DNA from: the human T2T-CHM13v2.0 reference genome, Homo sapiens
DNA: 64,000 nt
Assembly (NCBI RefSeq): GCF_009914755.1
Contig: NC_060932.1
Strand: one strand, 5' to 3'
Shown piece after piece: positions 13,062-35,195 of this stretch; the stretch's first letter is position 1, and every line of letters starts with the position of its first letter. The notes under the pieces are model-generated. The model was not told the DNA's origin. It saw only the letters and a list, made by a program, of their open reading frames with translations, and did not search any database. The translations under genes and the position numbers were made by a program.

Positions 13062-13382
13062 ACTGGAACTCCCGGTTGCTAAACTTGGAGCTAGGTTGCT
13101 TTTCCTGAGTTAAGTAACTGTCCCTGCAGGGCAGTCCTATAATGGCTACTGGAATTGGGCTACCTAGGATTAAATTAAGGTTCAGGGAGGTTGGTCAACT
13201 TGCTTGGGCCCACACAGCACCCCTTGGAGCCAGGACTGGGCCAGCAGTCTGCTGCATGCTGGAGGGCGGGATCCCTCTGGGGCTGCCTTTCCCTGCTCTG
13301 TGCACTCCGCCGCTGCGGGCAAATTGAGGACAGGAAGCGGACCGCACCCACTTCTCTCCCAGGACTTGGGCAATGTTCAACA

Positions 13383-14270
13383 CAGGTGGTCTTCCAAAGG
13401 TTCATAGAAAATGCACATGGTGAAGAAACTATGCATGGATTTCCACTGGTTTGCACTAAAATAAACTTGTCCTAACTTCTGATAACCTTTCTGAACTAGA
13501 TCTAGTTTGAGACACTAAGAAGGATGAGACATCCACTGAAAAGGACTCCCGTCAGAGCAACATGAATTCCACGAAAATTGCAGCAAGAGGAAACATCAAA
13601 TTTATGGTGAAGCTTGGGTGGAAGATTGAAGAAATCATTGACGTTTTAAGAAAAGCTTGTAAGGACACTACCCCAAAGAAATGAACTCTTTACGAATGTA
13701 TAGCTTGTTTCAAGAAGAGGTGAGAAGATGTGGAAGATGAATCCTGCAGTGGCTGTGAAAACCACTGTGCCCAGATGAGCTGCAGTTACGACGAGAGCTA
13801 TCAGTGGAAATTTTAAACAGGAGGGATCACGATCCTGACGCATCCCTCTGACAAATTGTAAGCGGAAGTTGGAACATGGCTTCACCAATATGATCTCGAA
13901 GGCAAAGCATCATGAAAGCGATGGCTACCAAGAGGTGGCAGTGGTCCAGTCAAAGGAAAAGGAGGCCAGTCAGGAGCCCACATCATGGCATCAGTGTTTT
14001 GGGACACTCAAGGCATTTTGCTTGTTGACTTTCTGAAAGGCCAAACATCTGCTTATTAGGAGAGTGTTCTGAGAAGCTTAGATAAAGCTTTGGTAGAAAC
14101 ATGCTGGGAAAGTCTCACTAGATCCTTGTTCACCACATCAATGCTCTGCTCATTCCTCTCATCAAACAAGGGCAATTTTGTCAGTTTCAATGGGCAGTCC
14201 TTAGGAATTCACCTTACGGGCTGCTTTCATTCCTTCTAAATTCTTTTTGTTTCCTAATGATAAAAAGTCT
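13383..14270 (+). mobile_element. HSMAR2 remnant
   Basis: Copy of 1333-2220. Confidence 0.88.
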
Positions 14271-16709
14271 CCTTGCCTTGCTTGGAAAGATGAGAGAAAG
14301 TCTCCTTGCCTTGTTTGGACAGATGAGAGATGAGATCCTCCTCTTCTCTCCCAGGACAGAATGGTGAGACTTGAGTTTCCTTTCTCCTCACTCTTCTCCT
14401 CCTTGAGGGAGCTGCTGTGCCGGACAGACCTGCCCCCGTGTCTAGACACTGGTAGACTCGTTTAAGTTCCTCACAGGCAATCCTCCATGGGGTCAAAGTG
14501 GAAGGACTTATTTCTTCAGGGCTCAGTAGTCCACATCCTGGCGCGCACCTTCACCAGCCCAGGGCGGGGTAGAGGAGGGTGAAAGGGCGTGGCTCAGAGC
14601 CCGCTTCTTCCGCTCGGGCGTATCCTGGGAGGAACCCTTGTCCGGTGAGCATGTCTTCGTCTCTACCAAATTCCCTAGTGGGACATTTCTGGCAGCCCTA
14701 CTTGTTCAGCAGCTTACGGGGGTCAGGTGGACCTCTGCTAGTCACCAGCCTGAAGCCCTTTCTCCATTTCAGCTATTTTGGCAGTTGCCTAGGTGACTTT
14801 TGAACCTCATTATCCAGAACAGCAAACGGACGAGGGGTGAGAAGAGTGGCCGTCTGGGTTTGCAGCATAGTGCTGCCTTCTAGGAGTTGTGCAGTCTTCG
14901 ATTGTGTGAAACTTCACCTGGCTGATTTGTGGCAATGCCTCCACAAATTCGCTAAATTCAGTAGCTTTTGCCTTCCAAGATTCATTTACACAATGTTGAA
15001 TGCTTTAAATGAATGAGCATGAAGAGTGCTGGGCTGGAAAGTGATGAGATGGGTGGTAGGGACTCCTCGGAGTAGAGGAGTAGAGTTTTACTATTATGAC
15101 TAGGAGGCAAATAAAAAGAAGCTGAACGTGATCCATAATAAAAGAAGCACACACTCACAGAGCTCCATACCAACTACATTAAAATGGAAATCATGATATT
15201 TGGAAATACAACTTAATTGGAAATCATTAAGTAATCTCATCAACCTTTTTACAGTGGGTGGCAGGGCTATGGAGGGAAAACAGCAATGGTTCTGGCACCT
15301 ACTTAACTTGATTCCATTAAATTCACCCAACAGGCCTCCAGAGAAGATATTACTGCTTTGATATTACAAAGGGAAAAACAGCTATGGCGTCTCTGAAAAG
15401 CACAACGTGCTAGGACTGGAATGACTTTAAAACCACACATAAATTTCTGAGAGATTTTTGCCATAAGGTACCATCCACCTTACTGTAAACCACATCCTAA
15501 AATTGTCTGCAGTGCAAATGGATTATGTGCATCCAACAGGAAACAGCATAGGTTGAGAAGCTGTTACTTAATAGCTTCATTGTCACCACGAGTGTAAAGT
15601 GTGGGGTCTCATCACTTTTGCACCCACGTTTTGCCTGTTGGTTTCTCCACACTGTCAGGAGCATTTGACCAACTCACTGTGGCTCAGGGTCCCTTACGCA
15701 GCCTGTTGGGGAAACCAGTGGGTATTGAAGACCTGCCTCTGGTGTGCCAGGAGGTTGTGCCTGCCGGCCACTCTGACTTGCGATCTTCCGCCTCAGTGTA
15801 TGGCTTCCTACACCTGGGTAATTAACATTGCCAGCATGATAAGGAGGTCCTTTCATCACTATTGCCACTAGTCCTTCCGACTCCTGTGCCCTGTTTCTCC
15901 TTTATTGGAACCCAAGAACGAGTAAACATAGCATTTTCAAACATCCCGCCCCCTTCCCTGGTAACACCAATATTCCACCATCCTAATTCCCTCACAAGCA
16001 TTCAGTCTCTCCACCCTGAGGTGGTGAAATCCCTGCAGGCATTTATAAGTATACCTGGACAGAAGAAATACAAGATACCGTTCTATTAACTCAATATAGT
16101 GTTGCTAAGTTCGTACTTGTGCTTGGTTTATTTTATTTTATAAATAGGTATCACTCGCATGGTTCCAAATGCGGTAGGCACAGAGAGTATATATGATGGA
16201 ATTACATCCTCCTTCCCTGCACTCACCAACCGAGATCATCCCGCTACGGGCACTCAAAGGTTTCATTGTCTGAAATATCAGCCTAAACGTAGTTTATGTT
16301 TAGGAAGCAACAACCGTAAATAGGCCCACATCCAAACGGAGTGGATTTAGGTTTCACTTTTTCAAGGAAAAACCATCAAAGAATTTTTCCACATACTTAT
16401 AAACCATCCCACGTATAGAATCCATTTTTACTGACACAAATTTAGTACCAATAAATGACTCTTCTTCTCAATTTGTTTTATTTAACAATAAGTCTTGAAC
16501 GTCATTCCCAGTTAACATTTTGAAGAGTTTCCTCTCTTTCGTTCTGTTTTAGCTGCAAAGTATTCTTCCGTAAGGATGAACGTACTATAATTTATTAGCC
16601 AGCCACTTAGTGATGTACAATTAAGCAGTTTTAAATCTTTGACTCTTGAAAATATTGTTTCTCACACATAAATATTTCTATAAAATAAATTAGTTGAATT
16701 AGAATTGTT

Positions 16710-16922
16710 GGAGTTCAAGACCAGCCTGGCCAACATGGTGAAACCCCATCTCTACTAGAAGCACAAAATTAGCCGGACATGCCGGTACATGCCTCTAATC
16801 TCAGGTGAGGCAGGAGAATCACTTCAACCTGGGAGGCAGAGGTTGTAGTGACTCGAAATCACGCCACTGCACTCCAGCCTGGGCGACGCGAGCGAAACTC
16901 TGTCTCAAAAAACCAAAAAAAA
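16710..16922 (+). mobile_element. 5'-truncated AluS-like element
   Basis: Copy in unit 2. Confidence 0.92.
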
Positions 16923-17050
16923 TTAAACGTAAAAAGAAAAGCGGTACATATACCCAATAGAACACAATTCAGCCTTAAAAAAGAAAGAAATCATCTCATT
17001 GGCAACACGAATGAGCCTAGAGGATGGTACACTGAGTGAAAGAAAGCAAA

Positions 17051-17349
17051 GGCCAGGCACGGTGGCTCATGCCTGTAATCCCAGTACTTTGGGAGGCCAA
17101 GGCAGGTGGAAGCGTTGAGCCCAGGAGTTGGAGATGAACCTGGGCAACATGGTGAAACCCCATCTCTAAAAGAAACACAAAAATTAGCCAAGTGTGGCGT
17201 TGGACGCCTGTAGTCCTAGCTATTCAGGAGGCTGAAGCGGGAGGAACTCTCGACCCCGAGAGGTGGAGGCCGTGGTGAGTGAGCCGTGTTTGTGTCACTG
17301 TACTCCAGCCTGGGTGACAGACTGAGACCCTGTCTCAAAAAATAAATAA
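17051..17349 (+). mobile_element. AluJ-like element
   Basis: Copy in unit 2. Confidence 0.92.
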
Positions 17350-18770
17350 TTACATAATAAAGATTTAAAAAGCAAGCACAAAAAGACAAATGCTGCATGA
17401 TCTCACTTATATGTGCAATCTCAAACAATGCAACTCATAGCTGTAGAGAGCAGAACGGTGGTTACCCGAGGCAGGGGTCAGGGAGGGACTGGAGAGATGA
17501 TAGTCTCATGATACAAAATTTCAGAGAGGAATGGTTCTAGAGATCTATTGAACAGCCTGGCATCTACAGTGTATAACTATGTATTGTATACTTGAAAATT
17601 GCTATAAGAGTAGATTTTAGACATGTCCTCATCACATTAAAATCAGTATGTGAGGAAACGAGTGTGTTAATTAGCTTGATTTTGTCATTCCACAATGTAT
17701 ACACATATGAAACATCATGTTGTATGCCATAAATATATATAATTTTTATTTGTCAAGTTAAAATTAAAATTCATATAAATTATAAAAATAAAATGAAATA
17801 ACATACACTACAAAAGACGTTTATTTATTAAATCCCCACAGAAGGGGTCTAAGTGATAAAGGAAAATAAAATTCCGGGAACGGTAAAATCAATCAGAAAT
17901 GCCCTACTTCAGTGCTTTCCGAAATTTGTCTGACAGAGTGGAAATCCAGTTTTTCACTAAGTCACTGTTCTGGAACAGTTTGTGTGTGTGTATGTATCTG
18001 TGTGAGGGCTCACATACACAAATTGAACTAATGGAAGTGTAAGCATTCAAATTATCAGTTTAATTTAGTTCTATACATATACACACACACACACTCACAC
18101 ACCGAAAACATTGATAAAATCAGCCATTCCAGCAAAACTAGCTACTTAGTGTCTATCTCTCCTTGAAGATTCAAACTAGAAATGAGGATTTAGAGAGGCA
18201 TGATGGTTCGTTCTCTCTTGGAGCCCAGTTCGAAGTTGACTGACTGATTCAGTCATTGTAATTGGTTGGTCTTGGGGAAGAATCCACTTTGACTCTTGGG
18301 AAGTCAGCTAGGTCAGCGGACAGAGCAGGGGCTCTGGAGCCAGACTGCCTGCACCCGACTTCTAGCTATGATACCTTGGATAAACTACTTATCACCTGGG
18401 CTTCAGGTTCCTCATCTGTAAAATGGGGATAAGAATGCTATCTCTCTCACAACTATTAGGAGGACTGACTGGGTTAATACGTGCAAAGTACCAAGTACAT
18501 AAGAAACCAACAGCCAGTGCTCATTACAATCATTATTATTTTGGGCAAGTTAAGCCGCATGGTTTCTTTAGGTATAAAATTAGGCTTTATTTACCTACCT
18601 GTTGGGTTGTTCCAAGGATTAATCACATAGTGTTCATGAATTCCCTTTATAAACTATTATACAAAAGAAATATAGTTAACATTAATTGAACACCTACTAT
18701 GTGCGATCGTTTTAAGGCTTGCCATGTGCTGCTTCATTCAGTCCGCACCATGACATTAGGATCACACTTT

Positions 18771-22442
<3,672 letters not shown>

Positions 22443-23006
22443 GATCACACTTTAAAGACCAAAAGGTAGAAGCGCAAAGACGTTATCTGTCCAATATTAC
22501 AAACCTAGTAAGTGGTGGAATTTGGCCTTGAACCCAGATCTGTAACTCCAGAGCCGAAGTGCTTCACCCACCTCCCTGTGGTGCCTCTACAGAAAAAGAG
22601 GTAAGCAGGCATTCCGAAAGCTGGTGGGCCGGGGGGCTGGCCTTGTACTCAGAAGCCATGGAAGTCCCACGTGGGGTGGCTAGTGGTGTAAGGACAGAGG
22701 TCTCGGATGGGCAGAGGGATGTGGACAGGCGCGAGGGCGCGCGGCAGGGACTCGGGGGACTGGGAGTGGCGGCTCGGGGCTGCGGGAGGCGATTGGTGGA
22801 AGGACAGAGGTCTGGGAGGGGCAGAGGGATGTGGACAGGCCCGAGGGGCCGCGGCAGGGATTCCGGGGGACCGGGAGTGGGGGGTTGGGGTTACTCTTGG
22901 CTTTTTGCCCTCTCCTGCCGCCGGCTGCTCCAGTTTCTTTCGCTTTGCGGCGAGGTGGGCAGGGTGAGCTCTCGGGACTGATGGCGGTTTTGGAAGAGGC
23001 CTGGGG

Positions 23007-25034
23007 CTAAGGACAGGCCAGGGCGGCGGGAGAGGCGGACCGGTGGCGTGGCTGGATCTGGGCGCGCTGTCGGACCTTCCACATCACCAGCTGCAGGCAG
23101 GCGTTTGCGTCCTCGCTGGAGTTGTGGCCGTCCTGGCTGTCCTGGATGATCTGTGCCAGGTAGTCGGCCGCGAGATTCCTGAGGGAGCGCTTGTAGGGGA
23201 AACCCAGGTAGTGCGGGAAGAGCACGGCCGTGTCCACCACGGTGCTGTGGATGAGCTTCAGGGCCAGCAGGTCGCTCTCCAGGCTGTGCCCGATGAGGAT
23301 GGTTTGGGCGCTGAAAAAGCTCAGCAGGATGGCTTGGACTTGGGGCAACGTGATGCTCGTCTTGGCGACGTCGGCCTCGGTGACTCCGGAAAACCTGGTG
23401 TTGTAGTCCACGATCTCGTTGTCGGGCTTGACGAAGGTGTCGTACACCACTCGCATGTCGGCGTCCACCACGGTGACGCGGGTCAGCTCTAGGCCATGCG
23501 TGGTGTAGCACATCTCACAGTCCAAGGCGTAGATTCCTGGATAAGCGTCTCTGGACAACTCTTTCTTGAAGGTCTCCACGAAGCCATCGAGGCTCTCCTT
23601 GCGGCCGTCCCGCACGTGCTGCTTTGCCACCTGGCAGCCCACAGAGCCAGGAGCAGCTGCACAGCAGGTGTACTGGCTAACCCGGCCTCCAGCCACCTGG
23701 CTCGAGCGGACCCGCCCCCAGTGATAATAACACAACTGGTCGCGTACACAGCGGCCCGAGGAGGACACCAGGTACTCGGTGCCACAACGGCAGCAGACCC
23801 TGCAGGAGGAGTCGCCGGGCCCCTTCCCCTGGCCAGTGAAGAGGACGGCGCCTCCGGGCCGCTCGGGGTGCGGGAAGGGGTAGCCGTTCTCCTTGAGCTG
23901 GTCCTGGGTGAGCAGGAACTCCTGGAGGCGGCTGTACAGGGCGGCCCTGCTGAGGCCGGGCATGGAGCTGGGGGTCAGGCCCTTCAGTCTCTTGAGGGTG
24001 TTCAGGACCACGTTCAGGTACCTGTTCTTGTTGGGGCTGCAGTCGTAGGCCACCTTCTCCTCGTTCAGCGCCTTCTCCTCGGCCTCCTGCTTGGAGGCGC
24101 AGAACTTGAGACACTCTTCGGTGAACAGTTGGAGATAGCCTCGGCGGAGGACGGTGGGGACTTGGCACCCAGAGCTTCGGAGGATAATGGGTTTCTTCAA
24201 ACTCAAACTCGGTAAGGATGCACGACGGACGATTCGCTTAGAGCTGGTGGTGGCGGTGGTCTTGCATGCCATCCCTGACCTGTTGCGCGTCTTCCCTGGC
24301 TGTCTGCCGACCTTGGAGCCACGGGAGCGTTGGCTGCTGCTGGCCACCCGGGTTCTCTTGGCATCTGTGTAACCTGTGACCAAGCAAGGGCTGGAAGAGT
24401 GGGCGATCGTCTTCCTCTTCCTGGGGGCTGAGATGCGGACTCCCGAGGGCCTCTCTGTCAGCCTTGGGGCGGCTGGCAAGCGGCAGGCCGATCCCCTCTG
24501 CGCAGGGAAGTAGCACGACTCCGTCACCATCTTGGGCCACGCTGGGGGCACCGCCGGACCCCTGTTCTGGGGCTCCGCCTGGATGTCCACAAATGCTGAG
24601 GCCTGCTTGTGCATCTGGGGCACCCAGAGCCCGAAGCTCTGGGCAGGCTGATGAGAGGGCAGTGGGAATTCTGGAGCCTCGAGGGCCGCCTCCTCGGCCA
24701 CCTTCTTAGCTTCTGGGTATCCAGGTGGGAACCAGCAGGGAGCTGTGGCTCGCAACATCTTGCTGCCTTCGGGAGCACCGGCCGGGCTCTGCTCCGCTCC
24801 CAAATGGCGGCTTGCCTCCGGGGCCGCCTCCTTGGCCACCTTCTTAGCTTCTGGGTATCCAGGGCGGAACCAGCAGGGAGCTGTGGCTCGCAACATCTTG
24901 CTGCCTTCGGGAGCACCGGCCTGGCTCTGCTCCCCTCCCAAATGGCGGCTTGCCTCCAGGGCCGCCTCCTCGGCCACCTTCTTAGCTTCTGGGTATCCAG
25001 GGGGGAACCAGCAGGGAGCTGTGGCTCGCAACAT
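23007..25034 (-). CDS. REXO1L1: REXO1-like DEDDh exonuclease retrogene (GOR), 675 aa, 3-repeat type
   Basis: ATG at 25034 gives 675 aa, matching my recollection of the human GOR/REXO1L1 length. All DEDDh motifs are intact. Confidence 0.9.
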   Translation of the reverse strand: MLRATAPCWFPPGYPEAKKVAEEAALEASRHLGGEQSQAGAPEGSKMLRATAPCWFRPGYPEAKKVAKEAAPEASRHLGAEQSPAGAPEGSKMLRATAPCWFPPGYPEAKKVAEEAALEAPEFPLPSHQPAQSFGLWVPQMHKQASAFVDIQAEPQNRGPAVPPAWPKMVTESCYFPAQRGSACRLPAAPRLTERPSGVRISAPRKRKTIAHSSSPCLVTGYTDAKRTRVASSSQRSRGSKVGRQPGKTRNRSGMACKTTATTSSKRIVRRASLPSLSLKKPIILRSSGCQVPTVLRRGYLQLFTEECLKFCASKQEAEEKALNEEKVAYDCSPNKNRYLNVVLNTLKRLKGLTPSSMPGLSRAALYSRLQEFLLTQDQLKENGYPFPHPERPGGAVLFTGQGKGPGDSSCRVCCRCGTEYLVSSSGRCVRDQLCYYHWGRVRSSQVAGGRVSQYTCCAAAPGSVGCQVAKQHVRDGRKESLDGFVETFKKELSRDAYPGIYALDCEMCYTTHGLELTRVTVVDADMRVVYDTFVKPDNEIVDYNTRFSGVTEADVAKTSITLPQVQAILLSFFSAQTILIGHSLESDLLALKLIHSTVVDTAVLFPHYLGFPYKRSLRNLAADYLAQIIQDSQDGHNSSEDANACLQLVMWKVRQRAQIQPRHRSASPAALACP

Positions 25035-25089
25035 CTTGCTGCCTTCGGGAGCACCGGCCTGGCTCTGCTCCTCTCCCAACTGGCGGCTT
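24676..25089 (-). repeat. 138-bp tandem repeat x3
   Basis: Three units (414 bp). Confidence 0.97.
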
Positions 25090-25090
25090 C

Positions 25091-25251
25091 AATGAGTGCT
25101 GCGGCCGCCACTTGTCGCCTTTATATAGGCACAGGGCAGACTGGGTGGGACTTCTCCTTGATAGGTTGGTGCTTCAGTCCAATCACACTGAGCCTCATCT
25201 TCCACCAGACTCCAGCTTGGGAATGCCTCAGGGGGTGCGCTAATGGAATCA
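25091..25251 (-). promoter_or_regulatory. Putative REXO1L core promoter, copy 3
   Basis: Same motifs; TATA at 25120-25127. Confidence 0.6.
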
Positions 25252-25572
25252 ACTGGAACTCCCGGTTGCTAAACTTGGAGCTAGGTTGCTTTTCCTGAGT
25301 TAAGTAACTGTCCCTGCAGGGCAGTCCTATAATGGCTACTGGAATTGGGCTACCTAGGATTAAATTAAGGTTCAGGGAGGTTGGTCAACTTGCTTGGGCC
25401 CACACAGCACCCCTTGGAGCCAGGACTGGGCCAGCAGTCTGCTGCATGCTGGAGGGCGGGATCCCTCTGGGGCTGCCTTTCCCTGCTCTGTGCACTCCGC
25501 CGCTGCGGGCAAATTGAGGACAGGAAGCGGACCGCACCCACTTCTCTCCCAGGACTTGGGCAATGTTCAACA

Positions 25573-26460
25573 CAGGTGGTCTTCCAAAGGTTCATAGAAA
25601 ATGCACATGGTGAAGAAACGATGCATGGATTTCCACTGGTTTGCACTAAAATAAACTTGTCCTAACTTCTGATAACCTTTCTGAACTAGATCTAGTTTGA
25701 GGCACTAAGAAGGATGAGACATCCACTGAAAAGGACTCCCATCAGAGCAACATGAATTCCACGAAAATTGCAGCAAGAGGAAACATCAAATTTATGGTGA
25801 AGCTTGGGTGGAAGATGGAAGAAATCATTGACGTTTTAAGAAAAGCTTGTAAGGACACTACCCCAAAGAAATGAACTCTTTACGAATGTATAGCTTGTTT
25901 CAAGAAGAGGTGAGAAGATGTGGAAGATGAATCCTTCAGTGGCTGTGAAAACCACTGTGCCCAGATCAGCTGCAGTTACGACGAGAGCTATCAGTGGAAA
26001 TTTTAAACAGGAGGGATCACGATCCTGACGCATCCCTCTGACAAATTGTAAGCGGCAGTTGGAACATGGCTTCACCAATATGATCTCCAAGGCAAAGCAT
26101 CATGAAAGCGATGGCTACCAAGAGGTGGCAGTGGTCCAGTCAAAGGAAAAGGAGGCCAGTCAGGAGCCCACATCATGGCATCAGTGTTTTGGGACACTCA
26201 AGGCATTTTGCTTGTTGACTTTCTGAAAGGCCAAACATCTGCTTATTAGGAGAGTGTTCTGAGAAGCTTAGATAAAGCTTTGGTAGAAACATGCTGGGAA
26301 AGTCTCACTAGATCCTTGTTCACCACATCAATGCTCTGCTCATTCCTCTCATCAAACAAGGGCAATTTTGTCAGTTTCAATGGGCAGTCCTTAGGAATTC
26401 ACCTTACGGGCTGCTTTCATTCCTTCTAAATTCTTTTTGTTTCCTAATGATAAAAAGTCT
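25573..26460 (+). mobile_element. HSMAR2 remnant
   Basis: Copy of 1333-2220. Confidence 0.88.
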
Positions 26461-28899
26461 CCTTGCCTTGCTTGGAAAGATGAGAGAAAGTCTCCTTGCC
26501 TTGTTTGGACAGATGAGAGATGAGATCCTCCTCTTCTCTCCCAGGACAGAATGGTGAGACTTGAGTTTCCTTTCTCCTCACTCTTCTCCTCCTTGAGGGA
26601 GCTGCTGTGCCGGACAGACCTGCCCCCGTGTCTAGACACTGGTAGACTCGTTTAAGTTCCTCACAGGCAATCCTCCATGGGGTCAAAGTGGAAGGACTTA
26701 TTTCTTCAGGGCTCAGTAGTCCACATCCTGGCGCGCACCTTCACCAGCCCAGGGCGGGGTAGAGGAGGGTGAAAGGGCGTGGCTCAGAGCCCGCTTCTTC
26801 CGCTCGGGCGTATCCTGGGAGGAACCCTTGTCCGGTGAGCATGTCTTCGTCTCTACCAAATTCCCTAGTGGGACATTTCTGGCAGCCCTACTTGTTCAGC
26901 AGCTTACGGGGGTCAGGTGGACCTCTGCTAGTCACCAGCCTGAAGCCCTTTCTCCATTTCAGCTATTTTGGCAGTTGCCTAGGTGACTTTTGAACCTCAT
27001 TATCCAGAACAGCAAACGGACGAGGGGTGAGAAGAGTGGCCGTCTGGGTTTGCAGCATAGTGCTGCCTTCTAGGAGTTGTGCAGTCTTCGATTGTGTGAA
27101 ACTTCACCTGGCTGATTTGTGGCAATGCCTCCACAAATTCGCTAAATTCAGTAGCTTTTGCCTTCCAAGATTCATTTACACAATGTTGAATGCTTTAAAT
27201 GAATGAGCATGAAGAGTGCTGGGCTGGAAAGTGATGAGATGGGTGGTAGGGACTCCTCGGAGTAGAGGAGTAGAGTTTTACTATTATGACTAGGAGGCAA
27301 ATAAAAAGAAGCTGAACGTGATCCATAATAAAAGAAGCACACACTCACAGAGCTCCATACCAACTACATTAAAATGGAAATCATGATATTTGGAAATACA
27401 ACTTAATTGGAAATCATTAAGTAATCTCATCAACCTTTTTACAGTGGGTGGCAGGGCTATGGAGGGAAAACAGCAATGGTTCTGGCACCTACTTAACTTG
27501 ATTCCATTAAATTCACCCAACAGGCCTCCAGAGAACATATTACTGCTTTGATATTACAAAGGGAAAAACAGCTATGGCGTCTCTGAAAAGCACAACGTGC
27601 TAGGACTGGAATGACTTTAAAACCACACATAAATTTCTGAGAGATTTTTGCCATAAGGTACCATCCACCTTACTGTAAACCACATCCTAAAATTGTCTGC
27701 AGTGCAAATGGATTATGTGCATCCAACAGGAAACAGCATAGGTTGAGAAGCTGTTACTTAATAGCTTCATTGTCACCACGAGTGTAAAGTGTGGGGTCTC
27801 ATCACTTTTGCACCCACGTTTTGCCTGTTGGTTTCTCCACACTGTCAGGAGCATTTGACCAACTCACTGTGGCTCAGGGTCCCTTACGCAGCCTGTTGGG
27901 GAAACCAGTGGGTATTGAAGACCTGCCTCTGGTGTGCCAGGACGTTGTGCCTGCCGGCCACTCTGACTTGCGATCTTCCGCCTCAGTGTATGGCTTCCTA
28001 CACCTGGGTAATTAACATTGCCAGCATGATAAGGAGGTCCTTTCATCACTATTGCCACTAGTCCTTCCGACTCCTGTGCCCTGTTTCTCCTTTATTGGAA
28101 CCCAAGAACGAGTAAACATAGCATTTTCAAACATCCCGCCCCCTTCACTGGTAACACCAATATTCCACCATCCTAATTCCCTCACAAGCATTCAGTCTCT
28201 CCACCCTGAGGTGGTGAAATCCCTGCAGGCATTTATAAGTATACCTGGACAGAAGAAATACAAGATACCGTTCTATTAACTCAATATAGTGTTGCTAAGT
28301 TCGTACTTTTGCTTGGTTTATTTTATTTTATAAATAGGTATCACTCGCATGGTTCCAAATGCGATAGGCACAGAGAGTATATATGATGGAATTACATCCT
28401 CCTTCCCTGCACTCAGCAACCGAGATCTTCCCGCTACGGGCACTCAAAGGTTTCATTGTCTGAAATATCAGCCTAAACGTAGTTTATGTTTAGGAAGCAA
28501 CAACCGTAAATAGGCCCACATCCAAACGGAGTGGATTTAGGTTTCACTTTTTCAAGGAAAAACCATCAAAGAATTTTTCCACATACTTATAAACCATCCC
28601 ACGTATAGAATCCATTTTTACTGACACAAATTTAGTACCAATAAACGACTCTTCTTCTCAATTTGTTTTATTTAACAATAAGTCTTGAACGTCATTCCCA
28701 GTTAACATTTTGAAGAGTTTCCTCTCTTTCATTCTGTTTTAGCTGCAAAGTATTCTTCCGTAAGGATGAACGTACTATAATTTATTAGCCAGCCACTTAG
28801 TGATGTACAATTAAGCAGTTTTAAATCTTTGACTCTTGGAAATATTGTTTCTCACACATAAATATTTGTATAAAATAAATTAGTTGAATTAGAATTGTT

Positions 28900-29112
28900 G
28901 GAGTTCAAGACCAGCCTGGCCAACATGGTGAAACCCCATCTCTACTAGAAACACAAAATTAGCCGGACATGCCGGTACATGCCTCTAATCTCAGGTGAGG
29001 CAGGAGAATCACTTCAACCTGGGAGGCAGAGGTTGTAGTGACTCGAAATCACGCCACTGCACTCCAGCCTGGGCGACGCGAGCGAAACTCTGTCTCAAAA
29101 AACCAAAAAAAA
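28900..29112 (+). mobile_element. 5'-truncated AluS-like element
   Basis: Copy in unit 3. Confidence 0.92.
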
Positions 29113-29240
29113 TTAAACATAAAAAGAAAAGCGGTACATATACCCAATAGAACACAATTCAGCCTTAAAAAAGAAAGAAATCATCTCATTGGCAACACGA
29201 ATGAGCCTAGAGGATGGTACACTGAGTGAAAGAAAGCAAA

Positions 29241-29539
29241 GGCCAGGCACGGTGGCTCATGCCTGTAATCCCAGTACTTTGGGAGGCCAAGGCAGGTGGA
29301 AGCGTTGAACCCAGGAGTTGGAGATGAACCTGGGCAACATGGTGAAACCCCATCTCTAAAAGAAACACAAAAATTAGCCAAGTGTGGCGTTGGACGCCTG
29401 TAGTCCTAGCTATTCAGGAGGCTGAAGCGGGAGGAACTCTCGACCCCGGGAGGTGGAGGCCGTGGTGAGTGAGCCGTGTTTGTGTCACTGTACTCCAGCC
29501 TGGGTGACAGACTGAGACCCTGTCTCAAAAAATAAATAA
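29241..29539 (+). mobile_element. AluJ-like element
   Basis: Copy in unit 3. Confidence 0.92.
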
Positions 29540-30959
29540 TTACATAATAAAGATTTAAAAAGCAAGCACAAAAAGACAAATACTGCATGATCTCACTTAT
29601 ATGTGCAATCTCAAACAATGCAACTCATAGCTGTAGAGAGCAGAACGGTGGTTACCCGAGGCAGGGGTCAGGGAGGGACTGGAGAGATGATAGTCTCATG
29701 ATACAAAATTTCAGAGAGGAATGGTTCTAGAGATCTATTGAACAGCCTGGCATCTACAGTGTATAAGTATGTATTGTATACTTGAAAATTGCTATAAGAG
29801 TAGATTTTAGACATGTCCTCATCACATTAAAATCAGTATGTGAGGAAACGAGTGTGTTAATTAGCTTGATTTTGTCATTCCACAATGTATACACATATGA
29901 AACATCATGTTGTATGCCATAAATATATATAATTTTTATTTGTCAAGTTAAAATTAAAATTCATATAAATTATAAAAATAAAATGAAATAACATACACTA
30001 CAAAAGACTTTTATTTATTAAATCCCCACAGAAGGGGTCTAAGTGATAAAGGAAAATAAAATTCCGGGAACGGTAAAATCAATCAGAAATGCCCTACTTC
30101 AGTGCTTTCGAAATTTGTCTGACAGAGTGGAAATCCGGTTTTTCACTAAGTCACTGTTCTGGAACAGTTTGTGTGTGTGTATGTATGTGTGTGAGGGCTC
30201 ACATACACAAATTGAACTAATGGAAGTGTAAGCATTCAAATTATCAGTTTAATTTAGTTCTATACATATACACACACACACACTCACACACCGAAAAAAT
30301 TGATAAAATCAGCCATTCCAGCAAAACTAGCTACTTAGTGTCTATCTCTCCTTGAAGATTCAAACTAGAAATGAGGATTTAGAGAGGCATGATGGTTCGT
30401 TCTCTCTTGGAGCCCAGTTCGAAGTTGACTGACTGATTCAGTCATTGTAATTGGTTGGTCTTGGGGAAGAATCCACTTTGACTCTTGGGAAGTCAGCTAG
30501 GTCAGCGGACAGAGCAGGGGCTCTGGAGCCAGACTGCCTGCACCCGACTTCTAGCTATGATACCTTGGATAAACTACTTATCACCTGGGCTTCAGGTTCC
30601 TCATCTGTAAAATGGGGATAAGAATGCTATCTCTCTCACAACTGTTAGGAGGACTGACTGGGTTAATACGTGCAAAGTACCAAGTACATAAGAAACCAAC
30701 AGCCAGTGCTCATTACAATCATTATTATTTTGGGCAAGTTAAGCCGCATGGTTTCTTTAGGTATAAAATTAGGCTTTATTTACCTACCTGTTGGGTTGTT
30801 CCAAGGATTAATCACATAGTGTTCATGAATTCCCTTTATAAACTATTATAGAAAAGAAATATAGTTAACATTAATTGAACACCTACTATGTGCGATCGTT
30901 TTAAGGCTTGCCATGTGCTGCTTCATTCAGTCCGCACCATGACATTAGGATCACACTTT

Positions 30960-34631
<3,672 letters not shown>

Positions 34632-35195
34632 GATCACACTTTAAAGACCAAAAGGTAGAAGCGCAAAGACGTTATCTGTCCAATATTACAAACCTAGTAA
34701 GTGGTGGAATTTGGCCTTGAACCCAGATCTGTAACTCCAGAGCCGAAGTGCTTCACCCACCTCCCTGTGGTGCCTCTACAGAAAAAGAGGTAAGCAGGCA
34801 TTCCGAAAGCTGGTGGGCCGGGGGGCTGGCCTTGTACTCAGAAGCCATGGAAGTCCCACGTGGGGTGGCTAGTGGTGTAAGGACAGAGGTCTCGGATGGG
34901 CAGAGGGATGTGGACAGGCGCGAGGGCGCGCGGCAGGGACTCGGGGGACTGGGAGTGGCGGCTCGGGGCTGCGGGAGGCGATTGGTGGAAGGACAGAGGT
35001 CTGGGAGGGGCAGAGGGATGTGGACAGGCCCGAGGGGCCGCGGCAGGGATTCCGGGGGACCGGGAGTGGGGGGTTGGGGTTACTCTTGGCTTTTTGCCCT
35101 CTCCTGCCGCCGGCTGCTCCAGTTTCTTTCGCTTTGCGGCGAGGTGGGCAGGGTGAGCTCTCGGGACTGATGGCGGTTTTGGAAGAGGCCTGGGG